Positions 25,008 through 34,340 are shown, numbered from the stretch's first letter. The stretch: 64,000 nt of DNA from an uncultured Myxococcales bacterium (GCA_964511535.1 CAZEFW010000032.1:302-64301), one strand, 5' to 3'. A program made the numbers and translations. Notes: generated by a model not told the origin, from the sequence alone.

Positions 25008-25083
25008 CGTGGACGTGGACGTGGACCTGGACGTAGATGATCGGTATCGAACCGGTCGTCTACGTCCACGATTACGTCTACGT
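25008..25083. terminator. Hairpin built from inverted 6-bp arrays (GTGGAC)n / (GTCTAC/GTCCAC)n, between convergent genes
   Basis: acgtggacgtggacgtggacctggacgtagatgatcgg - tatcgaa - ccggtcgtctacgtccacgattacgtctacgt. It starts 6 nt after the acnB stop. Confidence 0.5.
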
Positions 25084-25099
25084 TGGATAGCAGCTGCGC

Positions 25100-27076
25100 C
25101 TACAACCCGGCCCGCATCCCCTTCAACCCCACATCCTTCGGCCACCGCTTCAGCGCTGCGTCCAGCGTACGGCGCGCTTTGCCCTTCTTGCCGTCCGCCA
25201 GCTGGACCCGCGCCGTCGTCAGGTGGGACAGCGCGTTGTCCTCGCCCACCTTCATCATGTGCGCGGCGAGCTTGCGCGCCTGGGGCAGCTTGCCCTGCTT
25301 GAGCGCGATCCGCACCCACAGCTCGTGAGACGGCAGGTGGAACGGGTTCAGGTGAGCCGCCTCCGAGGCGCGGGCGGCGGCTTCATCCACCTTGCCCTGC
25401 TCGAACAGCACGCGCGCCAGGTTGTGGTTGACGTCGAAGTAGTACGGGCTGCGACGGAGCACCTCTCGATAAGCGGCCTCGGCCCTGGCCAGCTGCCCCA
25501 GCTTCCACAGGCTGTAGCCCCGGAGGTAGTGGGCCTTGATGTTGCCGCTCCAGGTCCCCACGGCGCGGGTGAAGCGCCGCTCGGCCGCGCCGGCATCGTC
25601 GCGCTCCAGCGCCTGCCGTCCACGGTGTACATGGAAGTTGGCCACGAAGTCGCTCAGGGTGATGGCGAAGGCCAGTCCCAGCGCCATGCCCACAGCGGCG
25701 CTCACCGCGAGCCGGGGCCCCACGCCATCGAGGGATATGGCGCGGGATCGCGGCGCCGGCAGTTCCGCCGCCCGGGCGGCGGCGAGGGCGATGCCCGGCA
25801 GCGCCCAGAACATGAACAGCGGCGGCTGGAACCGCAAACATACCTCCACCGAACCATGGGCCACCAGGCCGAGCACGCCGGCGGAGCAGGCCAGCATCAA
25901 CGCCCGCAGCCCCGGATCCCGGGCGCGACGGGCGCCGGCCAGGGGCATGAAGAAGAAGCACGCCGCCAGGGTGACCCACGCGGCGAGGCCAAGCAGCCCC
26001 GACTCGGCCAGCACCTCCATCGGCTCGCTCACGCCATGCTCCACATGGTACTCGTTGCGCGGGAAGTAGCGGGCAAGCTCGGCGGTCCTGTGGCGCGGGA
26101 GGTTGAGGGAGAAGGTGCCCAGGCCCTTGCCCAGCACCGGATCTTCCCTGGCCATCTTCAGCGCGCCCTCCCAGATCAGCAGCCGCTTCTGCACCGTCGG
26201 GCCGCGCAGGGAGAGCAGCCGGTCGCGCTCGCCGGGATCCAGGTCTGCCTTGGTAACCGCCAGCGCGGCCAGCGCAACCAGGGCCAGCACCACCGGAACG
26301 CCGAGCTTCAGCGCCGCCCCGCCGGAGGTCGGCTCCTCGCCCGCCTCGCCCTCGCCGTCGTCGGTGCGGCGCCTGGCCAGAAGCGCGAGCCCCACCACCG
26401 TGAACACCAGGGTCAAGCCCATGGCCCCCAGCCCGGCGCGGCTCAGGGTGGCCACCGCTGCGGCGATGTTCAGCACCAGCGCCCCGGCGAGCAGCGCCCG
26501 CACGGTGGCGGACCGCCCCATGAACCAGAAGGCGGCCAGGTTCAACGGCAGGCACGCCACCAGGAAGGTGATGAAGATGTTGGGGTGGGTCGCGGTGCTC
26601 GACACGCGGAAGTGCCCCACCAGCCCCTCGGTCTTGAAGATCGGGTCGAGGTGAAAGAACTGCAGCACCCCGTACAGCGCCATGATGGAGCACGCGAACA
26701 GCAGGAACCCCACCGCGCGGCGCAGCCACTTGCGGCTGCCGAAGAAGCTCGCCCCGAGCAGCAGGAAGCCGAGCCCGCCCAGGCGCGAGGCGAGCACCGG
26801 GAACCCGGCCTCCGGGTGCGGGCTGGCTGCCAGGGTCACGACCCAGGCCAGCACGTTGACCCCGAGCACCGCCATCAGCGGCGTCAGCTTCAGCTCGCTG
26901 CGCTCCTCGCCCAGCGAGAGCCAGAGCCACCCCATGGAGGCCAGGGCGACGATGCCCACCAGAAAGACATCCTTGATCTGGTGAGGGTAGATGGACCAGA
27001 AGGAGAGCGCGAGGGGCACGAGCACCAGCAGGGCGAGCAGAGCCCAGGTGATGGCACGTCGAAGGTTCAATTCCAT
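25100..27076 (-). CDS. O-antigen ligase/polymerase (Wzy_C)-like membrane protein with C-terminal TPR repeats
   Basis: About 10-12 TM segments. ATLSRAGLG and EYHVEHGVSEPMEVLAESGLLGL blocks. TPR-like C-terminal 200 aa. Confidence 0.7.
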   Translation of the reverse strand: MELNLRRAITWALLALLVLVPLALSFWSIYPHQIKDVFLVGIVALASMGWLWLSLGEERSELKLTPLMAVLGVNVLAWVVTLAASPHPEAGFPVLASRLGGLGFLLLGASFFGSRKWLRRAVGFLLFACSIMALYGVLQFFHLDPIFKTEGLVGHFRVSSTATHPNIFITFLVACLPLNLAAFWFMGRSATVRALLAGALVLNIAAAVATLSRAGLGAMGLTLVFTVVGLALLARRRTDDGEGEAGEEPTSGGAALKLGVPVVLALVALAALAVTKADLDPGERDRLLSLRGPTVQKRLLIWEGALKMAREDPVLGKGLGTFSLNLPRHRTAELARYFPRNEYHVEHGVSEPMEVLAESGLLGLAAWVTLAACFFFMPLAGARRARDPGLRALMLACSAGVLGLVAHGSVEVCLRFQPPLFMFWALPGIALAAARAAELPAPRSRAISLDGVGPRLAVSAAVGMALGLAFAITLSDFVANFHVHRGRQALERDDAGAAERRFTRAVGTWSGNIKAHYLRGYSLWKLGQLARAEAAYREVLRRSPYYFDVNHNLARVLFEQGKVDEAAARASEAAHLNPFHLPSHELWVRIALKQGKLPQARKLAAHMMKVGEDNALSHLTTARVQLADGKKGKARRTLDAALKRWPKDVGLKGMRAGL

Positions 27077-27147
27077 GGAGGGTATCGGCGCATGCGAAGG
27101 TGAGGTGGAATTATTTCAGCAATGTAGGGAGGGAGCAAGGAAGGGAC

Positions 27148-27183
27148 AAAAAAAGAGGGCGGAGCAACGAGGCTCCGCCCTCT
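27148..27183 (-). terminator. Rho-independent terminator of 27207..27860
   Basis: On the minus strand: AGAGGGCGGAGCC-UCGUU-GCUCCGCCCUCU followed by UUUUUUU. Confidence 0.75.
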
Positions 27184-27206
27184 GGCTTTACAGCCGAGGT
27201 TTGACG

Positions 27207-27860
27207 TTACGCGCGACGACGCACGAACATCAGACCGAACAGCAGCGCCAGGCTAAGCGCCGCGCCAGCGGTCTCGCTGGTCTGGCCCATCTGGCAGTCA
27301 CAGCCGCCGCCGGAGCCGTCGTACTCGCCGTAGGTCTCCATGCCGGCCATGGTGGTGTTGGGGCCCACATCGCTGTTCAGGCTCCACTTGACCAGGCTGC
27401 CGGACAGGGCGTCCACGGTCAGGGTCCAGGTACCGGTCACGGGCTCGCCCGCGAAGGCAGCCAGGGACTCAGCGGTCTGCAGACCATTGGTACCGAACCA
27501 GCCCTCAAGGCCCTTCGCGTTTGCAGCCTTGGAGCGCGCGCCGTCCGCCAGGAGCACCCGCGTACCGGAGGGCGAGGTCAGGTAAACCTTCGCCTGCTTG
27601 GCCTGCGGGGTGGCGACGTTCAGGTACACGCTCAGGCGCTGCACCAGACCGTCGGTCTCGGCGAAGACCACGTTGCTGTGGGTCTTACCGGTAATGGCCA
27701 CTGGGTTCTCGACAGCCATGGTCAGGGTCTGCGTGATCACCGGTGCCTGGTCGGCGTCGGCGATGGCGCGGTCCCCGGAGGCTCCCAGCCACAGGGCCAT
27801 GACGCCCACGAAACAAAGGACGCCCACTCCTACGAACAGCTTGGAATTTTTCTTGTTCAT
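27207..27860 (-). CDS. Stand-alone proprotein-convertase P-domain protein with a MYXO-CTERM-like tail
   Basis: I chose the internal ATG of ORF 27207..27908 (MNKKNSKLFVGVGVLCFV). P-domain blocks LTSPSGTRVLLADG and GEPVTGTWTLTVDALSGSLVKWSL. Tail GGGCDC ... AGAALSLALLFGLMFVRRRA. Confidence 0.7.
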   Translation of the reverse strand: MNKKNSKLFVGVGVLCFVGVMALWLGASGDRAIADADQAPVITQTLTMAVENPVAITGKTHSNVVFAETDGLVQRLSVYLNVATPQAKQAKVYLTSPSGTRVLLADGARSKAANAKGLEGWFGTNGLQTAESLAAFAGEPVTGTWTLTVDALSGSLVKWSLNSDVGPNTTMAGMETYGEYDGSGGGCDCQMGQTSETAGAALSLALLFGLMFVRRRA

Positions 27861-28055
27861 TTCTTTACCTCTTCCTGGTGAAACAGGTTTATGAAAACAG
27901 GCTTCCAAAATGGAAACCCAGGCTCAAAATGAGAATAGCTGACGGGGTATTAGCCAGTCAAGGAAGTTTCTTGAATAAAGTAGTAGGAATTTACAAACGG
28001 CGCTGTGCGGCTAATTGCATGAATTTAAACACATAATCCCGCATGCTGTCAACAG

Positions 28056-28095
28056 GGTGGATCCTGTTCGCCTGCGCTGGAAAGTGTGATCCACC
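28056..28095. promoter_or_regulatory. Perfect 8-bp inverted repeat (GGTGGATC, 24-nt spacer, GATCCACC) inside an AT-rich divergent control region
   Basis: Read directly. It lies in the low-GC stretch of about 280 bp between 27861 and 28140. Confidence 0.4.
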
Positions 28096-28225
28096 GCACT
28101 AAAACGACAGATTTATCGTTAAATTTCGCGAGGAGATCTCCCCCCATCGTGCGGTCCTGGCTCCGCGCAGGCACCGGTGGCACAGGGGGTGTTGGTACCG
28201 GGACCCGGCGTGATAAGAAGGGGAG

Positions 28226-29605
28226 GTGAACTCCAGGATCCAGGGCCGGTATGTTGGCCTCTTCATCTTTGCCCTGTGTGGCGGGGTGTGCCTGCTGTTC
28301 TACAGGCCGATCCTGGGAGCCTATTTCATTCTGGATGATTTTGTCTGGCTCGAGTGTGCCACCCGGGTGGGCTCGGATCCCGCGGTGATCTTCAACCGCA
28401 GCATCTCCAACTTCTTTCGCCCGCTGGCCCACCTGCATTTCGCGCTGGTGGGTGCCCTGTTCGGCGCAGACCCAACGGCACATCACGTGGCTTCGCTGCT
28501 CCTGCACGCGCTGAACGCGGCGCTGCTCGGGATCCTGGTCCAGCGCCTGAGCGGCGCCGCGCTGGCTGGTATCCTGGCGGGGATCCTGTTCGCGATGCTG
28601 CCGCTGCACGGGGAGGTGATGGTCTGGATCTCGGCAGTCACCGAGCCCGTTTATGGAGCTGCGGCTCTTGGCGCGCTGCTGTGTTGGCACCAGCTGCTGA
28701 TCCGACAGCAGGGCTGGCTCGGCTGGTATCTGGCCGCGTTCATCTTTTATCTGATGAGCCTGGCAGCCAAGGAGGCGGCGGTCAGCGTGCTGCCGCTGAT
28801 GCTCTTGTTGCACCAGGCGGTGCGGCTGCAGGGGCGCGACAGGGGGCGGCACCCGGTGCTGTACCTGCCCATGGTGCTGCTGCTGGCGGGCTATCTGCGA
28901 TTCCAGTACGACACCCAGCAGGTCAGCTACCTGGTAAAGAGCGGCATGTGGGCTCCCGGCTGGCATGCGCTCGAGCTGACCGCGGCCGGGGGGCGGTACC
29001 TCATGGGCATCGCCTGGATCCCCCTGGTCATCCTCGGGCTTGGCTGGCTCTGCTGCGCCCGCGGCCAGGAGGGCAACGCCGGGCGTCGGGTGGGCCGGCT
29101 CTTGCTGTGGGCCGGGCTGCTGGTGCTCGCGTTTGGGGCGGCCATCTTGCCATACGCCATGTTCACCGGCGCCACGCTGCCCAACCGATACTTCTACCTG
29201 CCCGGCATGGTGCTCGCCATGGCCGCCGGAGCGCTGGCTGCACCCGCCCTGGCGAGGCCTCTGCGCTGGCCCGCGCTGTTTCCATTCGTCGCCCTGCTGG
29301 TGGGGCTGGCCATGGGCGCTCTCGCTGCCCGGGCCGAGATTGTCCGCTACGCCGAGACGGCCCTGGAGACGGAGTACTTTGTAAAGAGCGCGGCCAGCCT
29401 GAAATCACGAGCCGGGAAGATCGTGGTGGTGGACGGGCTGCTGCGCGACCAGCAGTTCCAGGCAGCCATGGCCCTGGCGCGCCCCGGCGCAGGCGCCGAG
29501 ATGAGCAGCGTGGGCCGGGACGAGCTCCCCGGCCAGTGGGCAGCGGGCACCGTCTGGGCCTGGGATCGCGTGACCCGCAAGTTCCACCCTGTGGCCTCCC
29601 CCTGA
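28226..29605 (+). CDS. GT-C-like polytopic membrane protein (FILDDFVWL family), paralog A
   Basis: GTG start with a GGGGAGG Shine-Dalgarno. N-terminus LLFYRPILGAYFILDDFVWLECA ... NFFRPLAHLHFALVGALFG. Multi-TM. Confidence 0.6.
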   Translation: MNSRIQGRYVGLFIFALCGGVCLLFYRPILGAYFILDDFVWLECATRVGSDPAVIFNRSISNFFRPLAHLHFALVGALFGADPTAHHVASLLLHALNAALLGILVQRLSGAALAGILAGILFAMLPLHGEVMVWISAVTEPVYGAAALGALLCWHQLLIRQQGWLGWYLAAFIFYLMSLAAKEAAVSVLPLMLLLHQAVRLQGRDRGRHPVLYLPMVLLLAGYLRFQYDTQQVSYLVKSGMWAPGWHALELTAAGGRYLMGIAWIPLVILGLGWLCCARGQEGNAGRRVGRLLLWAGLLVLAFGAAILPYAMFTGATLPNRYFYLPGMVLAMAAGALAAPALARPLRWPALFPFVALLVGLAMGALAARAEIVRYAETALETEYFVKSAASLKSRAGKIVVVDGLLRDQQFQAAMALARPGAGAEMSSVGRDELPGQWAAGTVWAWDRVTRKFHPVASP

Positions 29606-29611
29606 GACCGG

Positions 29612-30976
29612 CTACTGAACCCGCCTGAAGTGCCCGGAGACCGGGTCCCAGCGCAGCGCGCGCTTCTTGCCCCACTTGCGCGGGAGCATCTTGCGGTGGG
29701 TTCCCCATACCGTGCGCGGGTGGTCGGGGTGAAAAACATAGAACGCGCCCCGGACATGCAGCCCACGCAGCGGCGAGCCGAGCACCAGGGTGTGACCGTC
29801 GAGGCGCAAGGTGGCCAGCTCGTGGACGAAGCGCTCCACCGGGATGGTGACCTGCTGGTAGCGGATCAGCTCGCGCCGCGAGGTCAAGAACCCGGGGATC
29901 GCCATGACGCACAAGGCGGCGCCCACGAGGGCCGGGGCCAGCCAGCGGTGGTCCAGCCGCACCGCCGCCAGGGCGGCGCCGATGCCGAGGGAGAGCACCG
30001 CCGCCGATAAATAGAAGTACCTGCTCGGCATCACCTCGGCCTGGAACCATATGTAGGGCAGCATGGCCAGGCCCACACCTGCGATGACGGCGGCCGCGGA
30101 GAGCAGGATGACCCGCCCCGGGGCGTGGGCGCCAGCGCCGCCGCGACGGGCGAGCAGCCCGAGCAGCAGCACCGCAGCCAGGGCAGGCCACGCCTCCAGC
30201 GTCAGGTAGTAGGCGCTGTTGGACAGCACCACCGCGGCGTGCGAGCCGAAGCTGTACATGCCGCTGCGTACCAGCGGGTTTTGATGCTGGACCATGAGCT
30301 GCAGCCCCAGGTAGGCCACCAGGGCCAGCGCGAAGGGCAGGTGCGCCAGGGGCGAGATTCGCCAGGTGCGCCCGGTGCGGCGCAGGGCGATCTCCAGCAC
30401 CACGAGCAGCGGCCAGACCACCACCGCCGTCTCCTTGCAGCAGAGCGCCAGCACGTACGCAGCCCACGCCACGAGCATGTGGCGCAGGCGCCCGCCAGTC
30501 TCACGGTGCAGGGCCCGATGCCAGGCCAGGGCAGCCAGCGCGCCGAAGATCACCAGCAGCGGCTCGGCGGCGGCGGAGACCCACACCATGGCCTCCTTGT
30601 AGATCGGGTGCAGCAGGATGAAGACCGCGCCGGTGGCGGCGGCAGGCCAGGGCCTGCGGGTGAGGCGCAGGCAGAGCAAGCACAGCATGGCGGCGGCCAG
30701 CCCGTGCAGGGCCAGCACCGCCGCGTGGAACGCCGGCGGGGACGGACCGAAGGCGCCAAAGAGCAGGGCGAACAGCCCGTGCACCACCGGCCGGAAGAAG
30801 TAGTTGATGTGCCGGTTGAACACATGCCACGGCGATCCGGTCGTGGTCTCCCGGGCACAATCGAGCCAGACGAAGTCGTCGAGGATGAAGAAGGAGGTGA
30901 GCACCGGGCCGTAGAGCAGGAACGCGCCGCCGCTGCACAGGAGCAAGCTGAGCAGGAAGAAGCGGCGGTGGGGCAT
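29612..30976 (-). CDS. GT-C-like polytopic membrane protein (FILDDFVWL family), paralog B
   Basis: N-terminus LLYGPVLTSFFILDDFVWLDCA ... NYFFRPVVHGLFALLFGAFG, collinear with paralog A. The convergent stops are only 6 bp apart. Confidence 0.6.
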   Translation of the reverse strand: MPHRRFFLLSLLLCSGGAFLLYGPVLTSFFILDDFVWLDCARETTTGSPWHVFNRHINYFFRPVVHGLFALLFGAFGPSPPAFHAAVLALHGLAAAMLCLLCLRLTRRPWPAAATGAVFILLHPIYKEAMVWVSAAAEPLLVIFGALAALAWHRALHRETGGRLRHMLVAWAAYVLALCCKETAVVVWPLLVVLEIALRRTGRTWRISPLAHLPFALALVAYLGLQLMVQHQNPLVRSGMYSFGSHAAVVLSNSAYYLTLEAWPALAAVLLLGLLARRGGAGAHAPGRVILLSAAAVIAGVGLAMLPYIWFQAEVMPSRYFYLSAAVLSLGIGAALAAVRLDHRWLAPALVGAALCVMAIPGFLTSRRELIRYQQVTIPVERFVHELATLRLDGHTLVLGSPLRGLHVRGAFYVFHPDHPRTVWGTHRKMLPRKWGKKRALRWDPVSGHFRRVQ

Positions 30977-31086
30977 CTGGGATCAGGTCCGGAGGCTAGA
31001 AGATTCAACAGCAAGGCTTACACCGATGTGAGGAGCCCACAAGACAGGAATTGTCCCCGCGCGCTGCCGGGACATAGACTTGGGGC

Positions 31087-32607
31087 TTGGAAGGACAACT
31101 CCACACGACCTGGTTGCCCGCCGCGGGGGCGTTGCTGGCGGCCATCTGGCTCGCCCTGGGGCACAAGGCGCCGCTCTTTGCCCTGCTTGACCGCCCAATG
31201 AGGGCGGACAGCGCGCGCGCGAAGTTGGCGCTGGCCGGGCTGCTGGTGGTGGGCGTGGGCGCCTCCGTTCTTGGGGGCGGCGGCGTGAAGCGCATCAACC
31301 GCTGGGACACCTACCACTACTACATGGGCGCCAAGTATTTCCCCGAGCTCGGCTACCGCGGCCTTTACGACTGCACGCTGGCCGCCGACCTTCAGGCCGA
31401 TCGGGCGGGCGACCTGACACGACGAAACATCCGGGACATGGAGACCCTCCGCCTGGAGCGCGCCGACATGGCCAGGGAGCGTGCGGAGCACTGCCGCAAG
31501 GCGTTCTCTCCCGCGAGGTGGCGCGCGTTTCGGAGCGACCTGGGCTGGTTTAGAGCCGGCATGACCGACGGGCGCTGGTTCGACATGCAGAAGGTGCACG
31601 GCTTCATGGCCACGCCCGTCTGGATTTTGATGGGCCGGCTGTTCACCTCCGTCGGGCCTGCCTCGGACCTGCAGCTGCTGCTGCTCACCAGCCTCGACGA
31701 TCTGATCATGGGGCTGGCCTGGCTGGTGGTGCTGCTCGGGTTCGGCTTCCGGCCCGCGCTGGCCGCGGCGGCCTTCTGGTTGACCAACTACCCGGCGCGA
31801 TTCTCCTGGACCGCGGGCTCCTTCCTGCGCCAGCCCTACCTCGCGCTCTCCATGTGCGGCCTCGGCTGGCTGCGCCAGGGGGGGCGAGAGCTCGCCGCGG
31901 GGGCGGCCCTGGCCAGCGCAACCCTGCTGCGCCTCGGGCCGGGGGTGCTGCTGGTGGGGCCGGCCATGGGCGTGGCCCGGGCTCTGTTCGGTCGGCAGCG
32001 CCCGCGGCTGGCGCCAGAGCAGCGGCGGTTTTTGGCCGGCGCTGCCCTCGCCGCGGCGGTGCTGCTGCCCGCGGCCAGCCTGGCGGTGAGCGGGATGGAG
32101 GGGTGGCTCGGCTTCGCCAAGAAGTTTCGAGACAAGCAGGCCACCACGCTGACCACCACCATGGGGCTCAAGGTCGTGGCATCCTTCTCTCCCTCCAGCC
32201 GCGAGCGCGTGGTCAGCCGTCAGGACGGCCCGCGGCGCTACACCCTGTGGCAACAGGGCCGCAAGAGCACCTTCCAGCAGCGGCGGCCCATCTTCTACCT
32301 GATGGTGGCGGGCTTCCTGCTGCTGCTCTGGCGGGCCACGCGAGGGCTCCCTGCCTGGCACGCGGCGGCGCTCTCCGCGGGGCTGCTGCCGGTGGCGCTG
32401 GAGTCGAACTGCTACTACATGGCGCTCCTGCTGCCCCACGGGTTGCTGGCCGGCGTCTCGGACATCGCCGCGGTGGGGCTGAACCTGTTCGCCTGCGCCA
32501 GCCGGCTGATCCCGCTGATCACGCCCTGGTTCGACGAACAGTACCTGGCAATGAGCGTGCTGGTGGTGCTACTGGCGGTGGTGGCCGCCGCGCGGGAGGC
32601 TATCTAA
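31087..32607 (+). CDS. Polytopic membrane protein of unknown function
   Basis: About 12 hydrophobic segments. Conserved-looking loop RWDTYHYYMGAKYFPELGYRGLYDC. The TTG start is uncertain; the alternative is ATG at 31198. Confidence 0.55.
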   Translation: MEGQLHTTWLPAAGALLAAIWLALGHKAPLFALLDRPMRADSARAKLALAGLLVVGVGASVLGGGGVKRINRWDTYHYYMGAKYFPELGYRGLYDCTLAADLQADRAGDLTRRNIRDMETLRLERADMARERAEHCRKAFSPARWRAFRSDLGWFRAGMTDGRWFDMQKVHGFMATPVWILMGRLFTSVGPASDLQLLLLTSLDDLIMGLAWLVVLLGFGFRPALAAAAFWLTNYPARFSWTAGSFLRQPYLALSMCGLGWLRQGGRELAAGAALASATLLRLGPGVLLVGPAMGVARALFGRQRPRLAPEQRRFLAGAALAAAVLLPAASLAVSGMEGWLGFAKKFRDKQATTLTTTMGLKVVASFSPSSRERVVSRQDGPRRYTLWQQGRKSTFQQRRPIFYLMVAGFLLLLWRATRGLPAWHAAALSAGLLPVALESNCYYMALLLPHGLLAGVSDIAAVGLNLFACASRLIPLITPWFDEQYLAMSVLVVLLAVVAAAREAI

Positions 32608-32746
32608 CCTCCCTTCGCCAGACTCGCCCTAGAAAACGCTGGCTTTGTTGCTCGTCGGTCGCTTGCCGCCAGCAAGCTCCCTCCTCGCGCCGCGCCAGCA
32701 TTTCCAATCGCTTCGCCTGGCTCGGTCCGGTTAGTTGTCCATCGCT

Positions 32747-34303
32747 CTACACGCTCGTGATGGCGTTGACCTGTTTCTGAAGCTCGCACACCAGCTCGCC
32801 GCGCTCCTTGGCCTCGTCGGACAGCGCCTCCTCCAGGGAGCGGTGTTTGCCCTCGGCGAGGTTGGTCTCGCGCACGAAGATCCCCAGCTCGTCGGCCAGC
32901 GCCTTGAGCCGGCGGATGCGGTCGTTGCGCACCTCCAGCGTGTTGGTGCCGTCGGTGGTGGACCACTTGTAGTGGTAGTCCATGTCTGGCAGGCAGAGGC
33001 CGTACTTGTCGGCGCGGATGTGGATCGGCGTGTCGGTGATGATGTGCAGGGCGTTGATCGACTTCAGCTCGTCGATGTAGTCGGCGTTCTCCTTGACGAA
33101 GCTGTAGGTCTCCTGGAACGCGTCTTCGTCCTCGCCCGGGAAGCCGATGATGGTGAACAGCGCCGTCTTGATGCCCGCGTCGTGGGCGTCCCGCACCACC
33201 TTCTGCGCCTCCTCGCGGCTGAACAGGCGCAACTTGTTCATCAGCTTGAGCACCCGGTCGGAGGCTGACTCCACGCCGAGCTGGAGCTCGTAGCAGCCGG
33301 CGGCGCGCATGGCCTGCAGCACCTCGGCGCTCTGGCCCTTGTGGGGGATCGCCTCACCCCGCCATTCCAGCTCCATGCCGGAGTCGATGATCAGCTGGCA
33401 CAGCTTGCCCATCTCCTCCACGTCGCCGTTGATCACCGGGTCGCACACGGTGAAGCGCTTGATGCCGAGGAACTCGGAGTAGTGCTTCAGGCTGGCCAGG
33501 ATCGCCTCGGCGGAGTGGGTGCGGTACTTGCCGTCGATCATCTTGCCCTTGCAGAAGCTGCAGGCGCCGATGCAGCCGCGGCTCCACTCCACGATGAGCT
33601 CGTCGCCGGGGTAGCGGTCCAGCAGGAAGTCCTCGTAGTGCGGGAAGGGGATGCCGTCCAGGGGGAGGATCCGCTTGCGCCGCTTGTACGGCTCCGGCTC
33701 CGCGTCGGTGGCGCGCTGGATGTAGACCCCGGTCATGCCGCTCAGGTTCTCACCTGCGCGGAGCCGCTCGATGGCCTCCACCAGGATCGCCTCGCCCTCG
33801 CCCATGGCGTAGCCCTCGATGAGCTCGGGGATGTTGTCGATGAAGATCTGCCGGTACTCGGGGGTGACGCAGGCGGGCCCGCCCAGCAGGATGTGCTTGT
33901 CGGGGGCGCGCTCCTTGATGCGGCGGACCAGCTCGATGGTGCAGCGCTCCTTGGGGTCCACCACGGAGAAGCCAACCAGCGGGGCATCGCTGGCCGCGAC
34001 GATGTCGGCGTACTCGTCCAGGTGCGGACCGATGATGTCGAGCAGCAGGTCGAAGGTGGTCTCGTTGCTCCAGTAGTTCTTGTTCTCCACATGCCACAGC
34101 AGCTGCCACTCGGCGCCGAGGCGATGGTAGAGGTCCACGTTGAAGTCGAGCACCTCCACGCCGTAGCCCTTGTGCCGCGCGTAGCCTGCCAGGTGGGCCA
34201 GGGCCGTGGGCGGGTTGTTGAAGCCCCAGGGGGCGGCGGTGGCCAGGATGACGTCGATGGGGCGGCCCTCGTCCGGGCGGTTCTGCCACGGGGTCTCGGG
34301 CAC
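32747..34303 (-). CDS. B12-binding-domain radical SAM enzyme (class B)
   Basis: N-terminal Rossmann-like B12 domain (LVGFSVVDPKERCTIELVRRIKERAPDKHILLGGPA). CxxxCxxC at WSRGCIGACSFC. GTG start. Confidence 0.8.
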   Translation of the reverse strand: MPETPWQNRPDEGRPIDVILATAAPWGFNNPPTALAHLAGYARHKGYGVEVLDFNVDLYHRLGAEWQLLWHVENKNYWSNETTFDLLLDIIGPHLDEYADIVAASDAPLVGFSVVDPKERCTIELVRRIKERAPDKHILLGGPACVTPEYRQIFIDNIPELIEGYAMGEGEAILVEAIERLRAGENLSGMTGVYIQRATDAEPEPYKRRKRILPLDGIPFPHYEDFLLDRYPGDELIVEWSRGCIGACSFCKGKMIDGKYRTHSAEAILASLKHYSEFLGIKRFTVCDPVINGDVEEMGKLCQLIIDSGMELEWRGEAIPHKGQSAEVLQAMRAAGCYELQLGVESASDRVLKLMNKLRLFSREEAQKVVRDAHDAGIKTALFTIIGFPGEDEDAFQETYSFVKENADYIDELKSINALHIITDTPIHIRADKYGLCLPDMDYHYKWSTTDGTNTLEVRNDRIRRLKALADELGIFVRETNLAEGKHRSLEEALSDEAKERGELVCELQKQVNAITSV

Positions 34304-34340
34304 CGGGATGTGGCCCGGGTCGTGGGGGGGCGGCGCCGCA

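Noticed and set aside
25036-25062. tRNA-like TpsiC motif (gatcggtatcgaaccggtc).
   Set aside because: It is simply the loop region of the inverted hexamer hairpin. No acceptor, D or anticodon arms can be drawn around it.
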